Below, piece after piece: positions 1 through 12,542 of a stretch of 64,000 nt of DNA. Numbering within the stretch: position 1 is the stretch's first letter; the number at the start of each line of letters is the position of its first letter. Source of the stretch: Felis catus (Eukaryota). The notes below the pieces were generated by a model. That model searched no databases. It had not been told where the DNA came from and saw only the letters and a program-made list of their open reading frames with translations. The stretch covers positions 207,950,001 through 208,014,000 of the forward strand of contig NC_058368.1 in assembly GCF_018350175.1 (NCBI RefSeq), read 5' to 3'. The position numbers and the translations under genes are program-made.

Positions 1-189
1 TTCAGGGCATCAGAGGGCATGATAAAATCAGGAATCTTGCTCTCTTGAACCACCCTAGGTACAAATGTCCACCACCTACGCCTGTGTACATGTATGTGTG
101 TATGTGTGCATGCCTGTGTATATTGGGAGATGAAGGGAGATCCGTGAAGGTTCCAGAAGGGAGCTTCCTGGGTCTCGAGAGGGTGTCTC

Positions 190-593
190 TGAGGGTTATC
201 TTATGCATCAGTTTGGAGGGTGTTTTTGGATGAGATTGGCATTTAAATTTGTGAACTTTGAGTAAGCAGATTGCTCTGCATAAAGTGGGTGGGCCTCGTC
301 TAATCAGTGGAAGGCCTAAATAGAACAACAACAATGACAGCAACAACAACAAAAACAGCTTCCTGAGTGAGAGGAAATTCTCCAGCAGTCTGCCTTTGGC
401 CTTCCCTGCATCACTGGCTGTCCTGGGTCTTGAGCCTGTTGGCCCGCACTTTAGATTTGACATTTACCAGTCTCTGAAACTGTGTGAACCCATTCCTTAT
501 AATAAATCTCTTTATATTTATACAAGCACACACACACACACACGCACACACACACCCTGTAAGTTCTGTTTTTATGGAGAACCCTGACTAATC
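190..593 (+). mobile_element. MLT2-family (ERVL) solo LTR
   Basis: Contains GAGGGTGTTTTTGGATGAGATT...AGCAGATTGCTCTGCATAAAGTGGGTGGGCCTC and ends GGAGAACCCTGACTAAT, matching the recalled MLT2 consensus; internal (CA)n tract. Confidence 0.8.
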
Positions 594-687
594 GTGTCCT
601 TCGTATGTTTCCCTATTTCCTAACTCTTTCTCTTCTCTCTTTACTTCCTGTGGTCCTTTCTCTTTAAATCCTCTTCCCCCCTGTTTT

Positions 688-1060
688 TGCAGGTGGGGCT
701 CCCTGGGAACCAGAGCCTGGGGTGAAGGATGTTTATGAAGTAGTACTTTGGTGTCAACAGCTGTGAGAAGGGGGAAACGGGAGCAGGACTGAGACGAAGG
801 AGAGGGTAGAACCTCAAAGTCCCAAATGGCCACCTCAGCCAACCCCACAGGGGCGCTGGGGGTGAGGTGGTCTGTCAGAGGAGTCCCACGCTCGGCTGAA
901 AGGCCGACTCCCGAGCCCCCATCTCAGCCACTGAACGTGGACAAGTCCCTGGGGGAAGCAGCTCCCTGCGGCCGGGCCAGGCTGCAGGGGCTTGAGCCGG
1001 AGGCTGTCCGCTGCTTGCAGGGGGTAGGCGGGGGGGGGGGGGGTGCGTCTTCACACACCC
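688..1060 (-). mobile_element. LTR16-like (ERVL) LTR relic
   Basis: GTCAACAGCTGTGAGAAGGGG...GCAGGACTGAGAC...CCTCAGCCAACCCCACAGGG resembles reverse LTR16 consensus. Confidence 0.6.
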
Positions 1061-1099
1061 GGGCAACAGGATGCTTGTTGTCCACCAATTGGTATTTAC

Positions 1100-1540
1100 C
1101 TCCTTTTAAGTGAATGATTTTTATCTGGACTCTTAGCTGACCGGAATAAAGGTTCCATTGCCCAGCCTCTCCTGTGGCCAGGTGTGGCCGTACCGTTTAC
1201 TTTTGGCCGGTAGGATGTTAGCAGAAGCCTGTGTGTGTAGCTTCCACACTGTGTCCTTAAATGGACTAGAAGATGCCTTTCTTCTCTCTTTTTCCCTTCC
1301 TACTGACTGGAAGACAGGTGCGATGATGGGGGCTTTGGCAATCACTTTGAGCATGAAGTCACTTTGGGAATGGAGATTGCACGTGGTGGCGTAGCGTAGA
1401 GGAGTCTGCTTCTCTGCCCCCATGGATTATTTAGCAGCCTTATCTCCGGACTTCATGAACATGAGAGAGAGACAATTTTTGTTTTTGTTTAAGTCGCTCT
1501 TATTTGGGAATTTTGTAGTTTTGACAGCTGATACTTATTC
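1100..1540 (+). mobile_element. MLT1 (J/K-like) MaLR LTR
   Basis: Typical 3' end: GAGAGAGAGACAATTTTT...GTTTAAGTCGCTCTTATTTGGG...ACAGCTGA. Confidence 0.6.
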
Positions 1541-2219
1541 TGGTTTCCACTCTCATATACCGTTTGTGAAGGTAAAACTCTCCACTCCCTAGAGAAATAA
1601 TCAAGGTCTACACCATTTGGTACTTCCATGGTTTGTGCATCCTCTGCAATGGCCTCTCTTCTCAGCCCAACTTCTACTGGTTCAGCAGCAAAAAGGGTGA
1701 ATTCTGATCGCTGAGACAACTGGCTTAGAGAGGGGCAAGGTATATATAGGGGTGAGTTTTGGCCAGTGGGAAAGAGTGGAAGGGCTTCTGTTTTGCCTTA
1801 TGGTTTACTCTCTCTTTAGATGTCCAAGGTTAAAGTCACCTCATCATAACAAGGATTAATTTCCTTCCAACTGTAGCCATTTGATTATTGTGAAAAGCTC
1901 ATATTCCTCTCATGTACATACATTTGACACTATTTTATATAAACTTGTGCCGAGGCCCTTTTATGTTGTGGGGTGGGGGGGATACCCTTTTTGTCCTGGG
2001 TCACACTGCCAAGCCGTATTACCTTAACTGACAATGAAGGACTTCTGCCCAAATGCCTTTCCTGTCCTTAGGGTAAGGGTTGGGGATAGAAGAAATTTTA
2101 CTTCCATTGCCCTCCAAATTTGGGGCATACTGGGCAAAGACCGGGAGGCAGGACGTGGAAGTGGGGAAAGAAGAGGGAAAAATCAGAAAGAGTAGCAGGG
2201 GTGGGAGGTGCCCACACCC

Positions 2220-2812
2220 CACTGTAGAAGACAAGGTCTAAGGGGGCTTGTCTTCATGATCTTTGCCCCCTGGTATTCATGCCCTTATCCCTTCCCTTGA
2301 GTGTAGACAGACCCAGTGGCTTGCCTCTAACCCATAGGACACAGCAAAGGTAATTAGACCAAGATGACATGGAGGTGATCACAGTATATACAACTGTAAT
2401 TCCCACTTTGCAGGGAGACCCCTTCCTTTGCTGCCTTTGAAGAAGAGAATTGCCGTTGTCGTGAGCTGTCTGTGGAGGATGTGTTATGGCAGGAAGCTGA
2501 GTCAACAGGAAACCAAAGTGCTCTGGTCAATAGCCGACAGGAAACCAAAGTGCTCAGTCCTTCTACTGCAAGACATTAAATGCTGCAGCAACCTGAGTGA
2601 ACTCAGGAGTGGATCCTTCACTAGTCGAGCCCCATATGAGACTGCAGCCCAATCCACACTTTGATCAGAGCCTGTGAGACACTGGACAAGGGACCCAACT
2701 AAGTTGTTCCTGGACTCTTAACATATCAAAACTGTGAGATAATGAATGTGTGCTGTCTTCAGCTAGTAATTTTGCAGTGATAACTGCTATACAACAATAG
2801 GTAATTGATACA
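2220..2812 (+). mobile_element. MLT1 (E/F-like) MaLR LTR
   Basis: AAACTGTGAGATAATGAATGTGTGCTG...CAACAATAGGTAATTGATACA terminus; CCTGGTATTCATGCCCTT 5' motif. Confidence 0.75.
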
Positions 2813-3104
2813 TCTATAATAAGGAATTTGGCTTTAGAAAGGAAAAGAAAATGCAGACTCTTTTGATGAAGGCTTTTCAGACCAAGGTAATTATACTCTG
2901 GAAGACTGGAGATAGAAACACAGCAGATGAGGACAAAGATTAGCCTTACACTGTCCTGAATATTTTTAAGTAGGAAGGAATAGGCTGAATGGCCACAAAG
3001 AATGCTGGAAGTTCAGCAGTCCAGGGACAAAAGTAACTAGAAATGGAAAGGAAACTAACAGTGGGAATTAGCAAGGAACATGCTGTATAAAGATTTGTGA
3101 CAGA

Positions 3105-3325
3105 GGGGTGTCTGGGTGGCTCAGCTGGTTAAGCGTCCGACTTCGGCTCAGGTCATGATTTCACGGTTTGTGGGTTCAAGCTCAGTGTCAGGCTCTGTGC
3201 TGATAGCTCAGAGCCTGGAGCCTTCCTCGGATTCTGTGTGTCCCTCTCTTTCTGCCCCTCCCCTGCTTACACTCTGTCTCTCTCTGTCTCCCAAAAATGA
3301 ATAAACGTTAAAAAAAATTTTTTTT
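3105..3325 (+). mobile_element. Can-SINE (felid SINEC)
   Basis: tRNA-like head GGGGTGTCTGGGTGGCTCAG, (CT)n, A/T tail, TSD TAAAGATTTGTGACA at 3088 and 3325. Confidence 0.95.
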
Positions 3326-3589
3326 AAAGATTTGTGACACAGAGAGGGAACAGTTGGTTTCTCTTAGGATAGAGGGATTGAAGCAAATGCAAAAAGAACA
3401 CTATATTTTACAAAAGTGACCAACATTGGGGTTTGGGTCACAGTGCTGGAGAAAGTGGAGGTGGTGGTGACAGGTTGAGGAGTGTCTGCCCTCAGATTGT
3501 GGGTGGCAGGGCAGAGAAGCATTTCTGAGAAAGGATTGCTTCAGGGGGCAGAGCAGTTAGAGGGACTCATGGTCTGCCCCCATGGGCTC

Positions 3590-3800
3590 TGGGTTGGAAA
3601 GCCTGTGTCTGAGTCCCAGATCCGTGAACATAATCTATGTCACTTTGGCCAAATGACTTCATCTCTCCAAGCCTTGGTTTCCACATCTGTAAAGCAGGAC
3701 TCATTATAGGATTGGTCTCACTGGATTATTATGCCCTGTCAGTGAGGTAAGGCACCAGAAGGGTCCATCGTGGCACATGATAAAGTCCTAATCAGTGATA
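3590..3800 (+). mobile_element. MIR SINE relic
   Basis: Core motif GTCACTTTGGCCAAATGACTTCATCTCTCCAAGCCTTGGTTTCCACATCTGTAAA. Confidence 0.7.
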
Positions 3801-4049
3801 GCTTAAAAAAAAACAGGGACTGTTTTTTTCCTTTCTTTATTTCTTGCGTTTCTTAAATTCCACATAGGAGTATGTTAATTATACTTTAATTACAAAAATA
3901 AATAAGTACATAATTTTTAAAAATGACTGGATGAGGAGTTCTATGATTCGGTCAAGTTCAGGCTTTCCAAAGTACTTGTAGTGATTGGAAGCAAATGGTA
4001 TCCCCTTTTTGAACTAAGGTGGCCCATGAGGGGGTCGTGATTACTCCAA

Positions 4050-4229
4050 CCGGTGATTTTTCTCCCTTGGCTACGTATTGAAATTACGTGGGAGACTTAC
4101 AACATATTGATGCTAAGAACCCCACCTCTAGAGATTCTGATTTAATTGGTCCGGGGTATGGTCTGAGCATGAGGATGTTGAAAACTCTCCCAGATGATGC
4201 TAATGTGTAGCCAAGCTTGAGAATCACTG
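4050..4229. mobile_element. MER5 (hAT-Charlie) non-autonomous DNA transposon
   Basis: AGAGATTCTGATTTAATTGGTCCGGGG centre; ends AGCCAAGCTTGAGAATCACTG. Confidence 0.8.
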
Positions 4230-5789
4230 CTTTATTCCTACAGTCATTCCTTAATGGCTGCCTCTGATTGTCTTAGGTGTTCTGGTTTTGTTTGCCCAGC
4301 GAGATGGCAAGATTCTGTGAATTCACCTATGTGTTATGTTTTATTGCCTGGCAGAGTAAGAGGCACAGGGGACAGGAGGTCAAAAGGCTTGGATTCTCCA
4401 TCTGTTTTTTCCTAACTGGCCATGGGATCCTAGGTCGTAATAAGATTAAACTTGTACCATGCCCAGACACTATTCCCAGTGCATTTGCATGTACTCGTTC
4501 ATTTATCCTATCAGCCTGATGAGATGGGTTCTATTATTAGCCTCAGAGCTAATAACAACACAGAGAAGTTAGTTCAAGACCACACTGCTGTGTATCTGCC
4601 TGTGAACCCAAGGCCTAAGTGCCCACACGAACCACTCCACACTCTTGGGCTGATACCAAGGTGCTCGTGATTTTATTCACCCCTAAGTGGAGGAGCTGGA
4701 CTGTCCCTGAGTCCCTCCCAGCTCTGATGTTCTGCTGCCCCCACCAGCACCTAGCAGAGATATCGCACAGCGGGTGGTGGGGTGCTACTCGGCCAGGGAC
4801 TGATGGCTAAATCAAGGAATTGAGATCAGACCAGAATGGGTGCAACAGAACAAAGCGGGCAGACCCGTGCAAGTCGTGACCTAGGAGAATGTCTCCGCTC
4901 AGAAAAGTGATCAGGCTGAAAGGAAAATGTTACATGAACCACTGTGCATTCCTTTATGTGTTTGGCCCTCTGTTTTGCCAAGCAAACGAGTGTGGGGAGA
5001 TGTGTTAAAGTCAGCAGAGGCTAGTTTAGCCTAAGATGTTGAAAGGTGAATTTCCTTGCATCGAAAATGGTCGGGAATTTGGGGGAATAGAGTCTAACAA
5101 CCGCAAAGAAGCAAGGACAAAGTCTCTTGAGCGGGTGTGGCCAAAAGAGTACAAAATACTCATGGGTGACTGGAACTTTCCATGGCTGCTGGATCTTGGG
5201 ATGATAAAGTCTGTTGTTCAATTTTAAGTTGATGCCTATGCCATTCCGTGTGGTCATGCCCTTTGTTAGCACTAAACTATCCAGAAAGCCTGTCACACAC
5301 ACAGTCTTTTGTGAGTGGTGCTTTGAGGGAATGAAGGAATAGGGACGGTGTGGACCATGGAGAAAAACGGGGAAGATGGATGATGGCGGCAGGAGATAAC
5401 ACAGAGGGTAGAAAGAAGAAGTCCAGGGAAAGCAAGAAGAGGTGTCAGTGGAAATGCAGGTCCTTAGGAATCCTCAGATATATTGGGTGAACACTTCAAG
5501 AAATGCAGTTGACCATATCAAAGGACAGGAAGACCCTAGAGTCTGAGGGACTGGGACCCCCAAGGGGCTGACATGTAGGTTATTCAAGGTAAAATGAAGT
5601 TGAGATAGAAGACGGTAACCTGCAGAGTGTGATTTCCCCCGTGAAGCCCAGTAATAAAATGGAGACTCCTTAATCTACACAGATTTTGAGAAAAAGAAGA
5701 AAGGTGAGGTAGCGTCTCTCAGAGGCTACAGCCAGGCAGGGGTTAGAAGATGCGCTCCACGTCAGACAATCCTAGGGTCCTGCATATGT

Positions 5790-5966
5790 CCTGAAAGGGG
5801 TCCTCGATTCTGAGGAAAGCTGGAATTAGGAGGATTTTCAAAGACGGCTGTCTGGGCCCACTGCCGAGAGAAAGGCTGGTGTAGCTGGTCCCAGAGGTGA
5901 CCTGGGTGGGGTACTTTAAAAGCTCCTCAGGGGATTTGATGTGATAGCCAAGACTGGAAACCACTG
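5790..5966. mobile_element. MER5 relic
   Basis: AAAAGCTCCTCAGGGGATTTGATGTG...CAAGACTGGAAACCACTG end. Confidence 0.6.
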
Positions 5967-6630
5967 TCCTGTCCAGAGATCAATGTGGGAAGCACACACC
6001 TGGGGCCAGGAGGCGGCTGGCAGTTCCACCGAAAGCCGAAAGCTTGTGTGTTCCTACATTTCTTAGTGTTAAACTTATTTTGTGGTGATCACACTGTATT
6101 AGGTAGCATTAGGAAGTTAGCATTAGGAACTTCAGGTGTGAATAAATACCCAGAATAATAAATATGGCTTTCCTCGCATAAAATCCTGGCAGGAACTTCC
6201 CCAGACAGAAAATTTGCAGACAACGGATCTCGGTGGCTGGAAGGTGCCTTTGGATCTCTCGGTATTTAGATGAAAGAGGCTGAACACGATGTGATCAGCT
6301 CAGAGACCTGGGGACGCTCCAGCTCTCCTCAAATATCAACCCCTCCCCCCTCCCACACACACTATTAGAAGTGATCTAGTTTAACCTCTGGTGTTCTAGA
6401 ATTTAAAACAAAAACAAACAAACAAACAAAAAACTAAGAAGTGAAGTAAGTGTCTAGACCAGGAAACCCAGCCAAAGGGGGTTTGGAATCTTTGAACAAC
6501 CATCCCAATGCTTTTTCCCTTAAACCTCTCCGCCCTTCAAATGCAAGGGATTATGTGTAGGCGCCCTTAGGACAAGTAATCTGACATAAATTCATACTCA
6601 AGTGTACATACCTAACATAAAATATTTTGG

Positions 6631-6840
6631 GGGGTGCCTGGGTGGCTCAGTCGGTTGAGCGGCCAACTTCGGCTCAGGTCATGATCTCGGAGTTCGAGCG
6701 CCGCTTCGGGCTCTGTGCTGATAGCTCGGAGCCTGGAACCCACTCTGAGTTCTGGGTCTCCCTCTCTCTGTGCCCCTCCCCTGTTCACTCTGTCTGTCTG
6801 TCTGTCTGTCTCTCAAATATAAACATTTTTAATTAAAAAA
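6631..6840 (+). mobile_element. Can-SINE
   Basis: GGGGTGCCTGGGTGGCTCAG head, B-box GTTCGAGC, (CT)/(CTGT)n, A tail. Confidence 0.95.
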
Positions 6841-8029
6841 TAAAAGTACTTTCTTTCTGCAGGTTGTAATAACCAGGTGAATACATAAAAATGAGGAGAC
6901 TGAACATGGAGAGTAAGTGTCAAGACTGATGGGAAAGGTCAAAGAAAGGGGGTGAGCAGGGGGAGGACAGAGCCGACTTCACAACCTAGCCTAGTGTTGG
7001 GCCTCCAGAACCAAACACCAGGACCTGGACCCGCCCAGGACACTGCAAAAGGGACAAGGATGACTTATGTTAATGAGTGACACATTTTAAATGATCAAGT
7101 GCCAAAAACCTCCCACTCACCCCGAGCTTAGAGGAAGCCCCTGAAGGCTACCCCAAGTGACTCAATACCATTACTAAGAATCACTTGCAGTAGGGCTATT
7201 TCTGCTGCATCCAAGAGGTTTTCAGTTACCTTCAGAGTCAACAGGAAATTAATCAGCAAGTAGAATATTGAAAGAAGATCTGCATCTCAGAGTCATTAAA
7301 ATAAAAGCAGATTTGGTCAAATGACAAGGTGCTTTTTTTTTTTTAATCTCCTCCCCTCTTTTTTTAATAAGTTGAAGATTCCGAAACTTAAATCCTGACC
7401 ACCAGAGTCTCCTTGGAGGACAGGTACATACTGTCCTAGGACCTACACCCCCACAAAACACGCCAGCCCCGTCACCATCCAAATAGCTCTCCCCTTGCTC
7501 TCTCGAAAAGCCCCTGGAAACCTGACCACGTTGCCACACAGTCTATTTAAAACTTCCTGAACACATCTCGGGCCACATCCCTGTCCTGTATTGTTTGATT
7601 TGCGTCTCCCCTCTAAGCTCTTGGGGGAAAGAGCCTTTTTTTTTTTCCCTTGTTTTGGAATGATTTTTATTTATTATTATAAGCCTGGGTGGAGAATGTA
7701 CTTCCTTGCTTATCACACAGTTTAGTAGAAATATTAAATAATAATAATAGCTGGATGCCGCAGAGAACACAAAACTCTGCCTATCACGTAACCTTTGCTC
7801 TGCCATCCGGAGTATCTGAGGAAGCAGCTTCTCTGTCTTCCTTATTACGGAAAGTAGAGAACCAGAGACCCTAAATTCGAAAAGTGATATATGGAAGGAT
7901 GGCAAGAAAAGTTTTCTCCTTCTCCTCCACTAGCTTCTGACTTACTGAGCTTAAAAAGCTCCCCTCTCCACCTGCCCCAAGGTAATGGTCAAGTGGACAG
8001 ACAGGAAGTCGAATGCGTTTCCTATGGGG

Positions 8030-8220
8030 TCCTAGTTAAGACCCTCGGGGTTGCAAATAACAGAAACCAGCTCCAGTCGGCATAAGCAAGTAGGAAGTTT
8101 ATTAGAGAAACCTTTGGGGTTTCTCACAGAACCCACAGACAGTTCTCAGGGGCCTGCCAGGAAGTTCAGGCCTTGTTCTTTTGCTCTCTCGCTCTCTCTG
8201 TCTCTCTGCCTCTTATCTTT
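8030..8220 (-). mobile_element. MLT1 LTR fragment
   Basis: GGTTGCAAATAACAGAAACCAGCTCCAGTCGGCATAAGCAAG resembles reverse end of old MLT1 LTRs. Confidence 0.5.
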
Positions 8221-8229
8221 GCTTCCTGG

Positions 8230-8345
8230 CCTCATACTAAATGTGAGATTTATGAAAGCAGGGATTTTATCTGGTTTGTTTCCTGCAGGCTCACCCACGC
8301 CTAGAACAGTGCCTGACATATGGTATTTGCTCAGTCAGCATTAAT
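8230..8345 (+). mobile_element. L2 LINE 3' end
   Basis: GCCTAGAACAGTGCCTGACATATGGTA..GCTCAGT L2 terminus motif. Confidence 0.7.
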
Positions 8346-9499
8346 CTGTGTACTTCTCAGCAAAGCAGCTTCCCGTGTCCCTCTGTGGGCATGTTGAAGG
8401 CCGTCGGTGCACTATACCCAAACTCCCAAAATTGAAATTCAGGCTTGTGAATTCAAGTGTCCACCCCTGGTCCGTCTAGTCTGGCCAGAGGATGGTGTTT
8501 TCTGCAAATAGGATCGGAGCTGAAATGCTGTTTGCATGAAAAGGGTCTTGGAGTTGGGCAGATAGCATCACACGTGTTTTCAACACTTAGGCAGGTACCC
8601 GTCGTCAGTGCAGATAGTTTGTGGGAAGTGGGTACGCTCTGCTTCCCGAACAGATCTATCTTTTGCTGAATAGCCAAGCAGAGGGAGCTCTGTAGCGTGA
8701 AACTTCCTTGCAACTTTGCTGATATTTTGTCAGCTAGTTTCTCTGTAGACATCTCCAGGGATTTAAAAAAAAAAAAAAAAAGGCACTATTTCTTAAGAGT
8801 TGTTTACTCCATTTTAAAGCAAATCTAATTTTTTAGGAGATCTGCCCGTGCATGTTATCTGTCTGACTTCAACCTCCTTTGGTCCTAGCTGTGTTTTTTA
8901 GGATCATAGAGGGTTTTTCTTCTGTGACAATCCTTAAACAACTCTTTGAAGAAAATTATCATGTTATTCTGGAGTCCTTTCCTTGGGGTAACCTGTCTGT
9001 CTGCATGCTGCCTGCACGTTCGCTGTAGTGTGTCTACGATTGCTTTTCTCTGATTCCTTGAAGCAATAGAAACAGCGGCTCAGTTGTGGTTGGAAGCTGG
9101 GCCTCTGAGACATTGCACTGCGTGATCTTGGTAACCTCCCTCCCCCACCCCCCAAAAAAGACAGATTTTATGGGATCTTTTCAGGTACCCTTTGCAGATA
9201 CAACAGTCTTCATCGGTGGTGACCTCTGCTTTGAGGAACACAGTGTTGCCTGCTGGGTGGACGGCTAAAGGAGTTAACGTGTATCAGCTGGTTACTCTGG
9301 ACCGTTGAAGACCTAATTCGTACCCCATAGCTATCCCCAAGCTAATGGTGTATTTATTAAATTTGTATAATTAGTATCTTTTATATCTTCTCTCTTTGAG
9401 ACAAAATACACTCTCTTCTGTTTTTTGTCTTTTTTGTACAAAACACACATAAAGTGGGTTTTGTTTTTGTTTTGTTTTGTTACACTTCATCATACCCTG

Positions 9500-9900
9500 G
9501 AACAAACACTTTGAGAGCATTGAATATGTGTAAGGAAATATACTAGTTGTGGAGATAACAGACGAAAGACCGGATTTCTACCTTCAAAGAATTCCTAATG
9601 AAACAAGGATGGAAAGCTGAGTACACACAGGACTGTAGCCTAGGACGAGTGCTGTGACGGAGGCATGGATAAGAACCATGAGCATATAGCAGGAGACGCA
9701 CTCAACAGGAGTTGGGCAGAAGCTTGGAGAAGGGAGCCCTGGGGAACACTGCATGATAAAGGCTGTGCCTGAGATGGGCCTCCAAGGATGAGGAGGAATC
9801 AGCCAGGGGAAGGATGGGGGAGGGAGGAACTGGGTAAACGAGGCAGAAGTTTTGCATTTGTAAAGCTGTGGAGCAGACGGTATGGTCTGGTAGGAGCATA
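9500..9900 (-). mobile_element. L2 LINE fragment
   Basis: AACAAACACTTTGAGAGCATT... followed by purine-rich antisense L2 body. Confidence 0.5.
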
Positions 9901-9959
9901 GCGGAAGCAAAGGATATGAACTCCAGAGAGCAAGACGGATCGAGCAGGACAGCTCCGTG

Positions 9960-10508
9960 TGGCCCATAACCACCGGCTAGTGCTGTGGAGCAAACCAACC
10001 CCAAAGCCAGTGACTTCAGACAATAAGCTGTTGGTACTATTCAAGCGCCAACAGATCAGCTGGGACGTTCTGCCCAACAGGGCCAGGCCTGTCCGATCTC
10101 CACTGGGCTTGTTCATGTGTCAGTGGTCAGGGGCCCGATTGGAGGCTGGCTGGTCTTGGGTGGCCTCAGTCACCTGCCCGCAGTGTGTTGGCCGTCGGCT
10201 GGGTGTTGAGGTGGTGTGATGTGTTTCTTATCACACAGCAGGCCAGCCTGGGCTTGTCACACAGTGGTGGCCCAGAGGAAGTGGAAACATACTCGGCTGC
10301 CTAAGACCTAGGCTTGGATCCGTCATACCATCACTTCTGCTCCGTGTTATTAGCCAGAGCTAGTCACTAGACACTGCCCCCACCCCCTGCCCCATTCAAG
10401 GAACAGGGACATCTCTTGATGGAAGATGCTGCAAGGTCTTGGTGCACAGAATGTATGTATAGGAAGAGGTGAGTAAGTATAGCCATTTTTTGCAGTCAAT
10501 TCAGCACA
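9960..10508 (-). mobile_element. MLT1 (F/G/H-like) MaLR LTR
   Basis: CATCACTTCTGCTCCGTGTTATTAGCCAGAGCTAGTCAC...CATCTCTTGATGGAAG...GCCATTTTTTGCAGTCAATTCAGCACA. Confidence 0.7.
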
Positions 10509-10725
10509 AAGAGCTTAGATCATGGCAATTTCCCTTGACAAAGATGAGGAAACATCAGGAGGATATTTTATTATGAAAATTTTTATTAAAGTCGTTCTTT
10601 TAATTAAATTTTATATAAAATTCTATTAAAACATTGTATTATTAAAATACTGAAAATTGTAAGGCTTCATTTTGATTTACATGCAACATTAAAGCACATT
10701 CTCCTTTAAAAAAAGAAAAAGGATA

Positions 10726-11030
10726 GGGGTGCCTGGGTGGCTCAGTAGGTTAAACGTCTGACTCTTGGTTGTGGCTCAGGTCATGATCTCATGGTTCATG
10801 AGATCAAGCTCCACACTGAACTCTGTGCTGACAGCATGGAGCCTGCTTGGGATTCTGTCTCTCCCTCTCTCTTTGCTCCTCCTCCATTTGTTCTCTCTCT
10901 TTCTTTCTCTCTCTCTCTCAAAATAAAAAAAAAAAAAAGGAAGGAAGGAAAAGGAAGAGAAAAGGAAAAGGAAAAGGAGAAAGAAAGAGAAAGGAAGAAA
11001 AAGAAAGAGAAAGAAGGAAAGAAAGAGAGG
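10726..11030 (+). mobile_element. Can-SINE with GA-rich expanded tail
   Basis: GGGGTGCCTGGGTGGCTCAG head; tail 10921-11030; degenerate TSD AAAGA..AGGATA. Confidence 0.93.
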
Positions 11031-12149
11031 ATATCAGATAAGGCTGAGGTCTTCTGCCAACCATGTCCTTGTTGTGTAGATAATGTGGATGATGTTCCTC
11101 AAGCAGCACGGGTCGGTCCCCTCCTCAGCATCCTTCACCTCTGGTGGCCTGGCTAATTAGGAAGCCACATGAATGTCTATGCCCCCAGATCACATTCTCT
11201 ACTTCCCCTTAAGGATTATCATAAGCAACTTTGTCAACTGCCTCATAACACCTGGACCCACTGTGTCTACAGCATTCCTTGTGGATTCTAGGTCTGGTGG
11301 ACTGGTCAGAAAAGAGGAGGCGGGTCCAGTTTGGGCTCTCTCAATCTCCTTACCCACTTACTCACATCCCGTTTACTGGCCCACTCTAGTAGATGCTCAG
11401 GTCCCACACTGACATGATCGGTCTACTGTTCGGGCGTCCACATCGATGGACCAGCTGAGATTCAGGGCACAGTTCTCCTCCTGTTGCCAAAGTCCCTTAA
11501 AAACAGGGAGGAGCATTTCCATCCTGTCTCCTCCGAGGCCCCCCAGTTCTTGGTGATAAGTCACGGAGGTCCACGGCTGACCTCAGCCAGCTCTGCCAGG
11601 CACATGGCAAGCTCCTCTCCCTGCTGGATCTGCAGATCTCTCAGCCCCGGGAGCTCCAGTCTTCCTACTGGGCATGGAGGAAAGAAAAGGAAGTACAGGA
11701 AGAGATGGGGAGAGGTGAGGAAGGAGGAGAAGGTGGGGGGGGGAGGGAGGAAGGGGAGGAGAACCCGGTGGGTGGGCTCTTTTGCTTCCTTGTCCACTTC
11801 TGTTGCACCACGCACCATATGTGACCAATTTCTTTGTTGTTATTTGCCTCTTATTTAGCATTTAATTCAAAAATAAAACTTGTTTTGGAATGTTTTTCCA
11901 GAAGTAATCATAAGAAACTGTTAGCGATGATTACGTTCGGAGAGGAGGTCTGTTGGGGGCAGGGAGTTTTGCTTATTTCTTCGGTGTTTTTTTCTCTCCT
12001 GATTGAATTCTCGAAGCCTGCTGAAGGGACTCATCTAGAAAACAGAATTGTGGCAAGTGTTTCTGATTTTCTTCCTAATTCCTCTCTTTTTATTAAAAAG
12101 TATTTAAAAGGTGAAAATAATATATATATTCTTTTGTTACATACAGTTT

Positions 12150-12280
12150 AACAATGAGGAGATGCAGGCACAGAGCAGTTGTCAACTGGTCTAAGGTCAC
12201 ACAGCTGCTAAGAGTCGGTGACAGGATTTATCCCCCATTCTATCTGACTCCATAGTCAAGGTTTATCCACTATGGGATGA
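12150..12280 (-). mobile_element. MIR relic
   Basis: ATGAGGAGATGCAGGCACAGAG...CTAAGGTCACACAGCTG...TCTGACTCC. Confidence 0.7.
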
Positions 12281-12437
12281 TAACTTTTTTAATAGATACT
12301 CTTTTAGAATTTAGGGTCAGCAGAGAGTACCTTGGGAAGCCACAAAACTTCTTATGGCCACCCCACCCAGCCCTAGGCCATCCATATCAGATGAAACTAT
12401 AGTCAGAATGGCTTCATGGAGTCTCTACCCTTTTATC

Positions 12438-12542
12438 TTTTTTTTTTTTTTTAAGTAATCTCTACACCCAACGTGGGGCTTGAACTGATGACCCCAAGAT
12501 CAAGAGTCGTAAGCTCTTCCGCCTGAGCCAGCCAGGCGCCCC
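12438..12542 (-). mobile_element. Short Can-SINE lacking the CT tract
   Basis: Reverse of GGGGCGCCTGGCTGGCTCAG...GTTCAAGCCCCACGTTGGGTGTAGAGATTACTTAAAA; TSD TCTA(C/G)CCTTTTATCTTT. Confidence 0.9.

Noticed and set aside
2..463. 153-aa ORF with a leucine-rich hydrophobic stretch
   Set aside because: Antisense to an MLT2 LTR; the leucine run comes from a (CAA)n tract
3116..3304. Recurrent ORF family MAQ.V..PT.AQVMIS... appearing many times in the track
   Set aside because: Translations of Can-SINE copies, not a gene family
12438..12542. tRNA-Lys-like sequence
   Set aside because: Has the SINE 3' extension, A-tail and TSD; a short Can-SINE, not a tRNA gene
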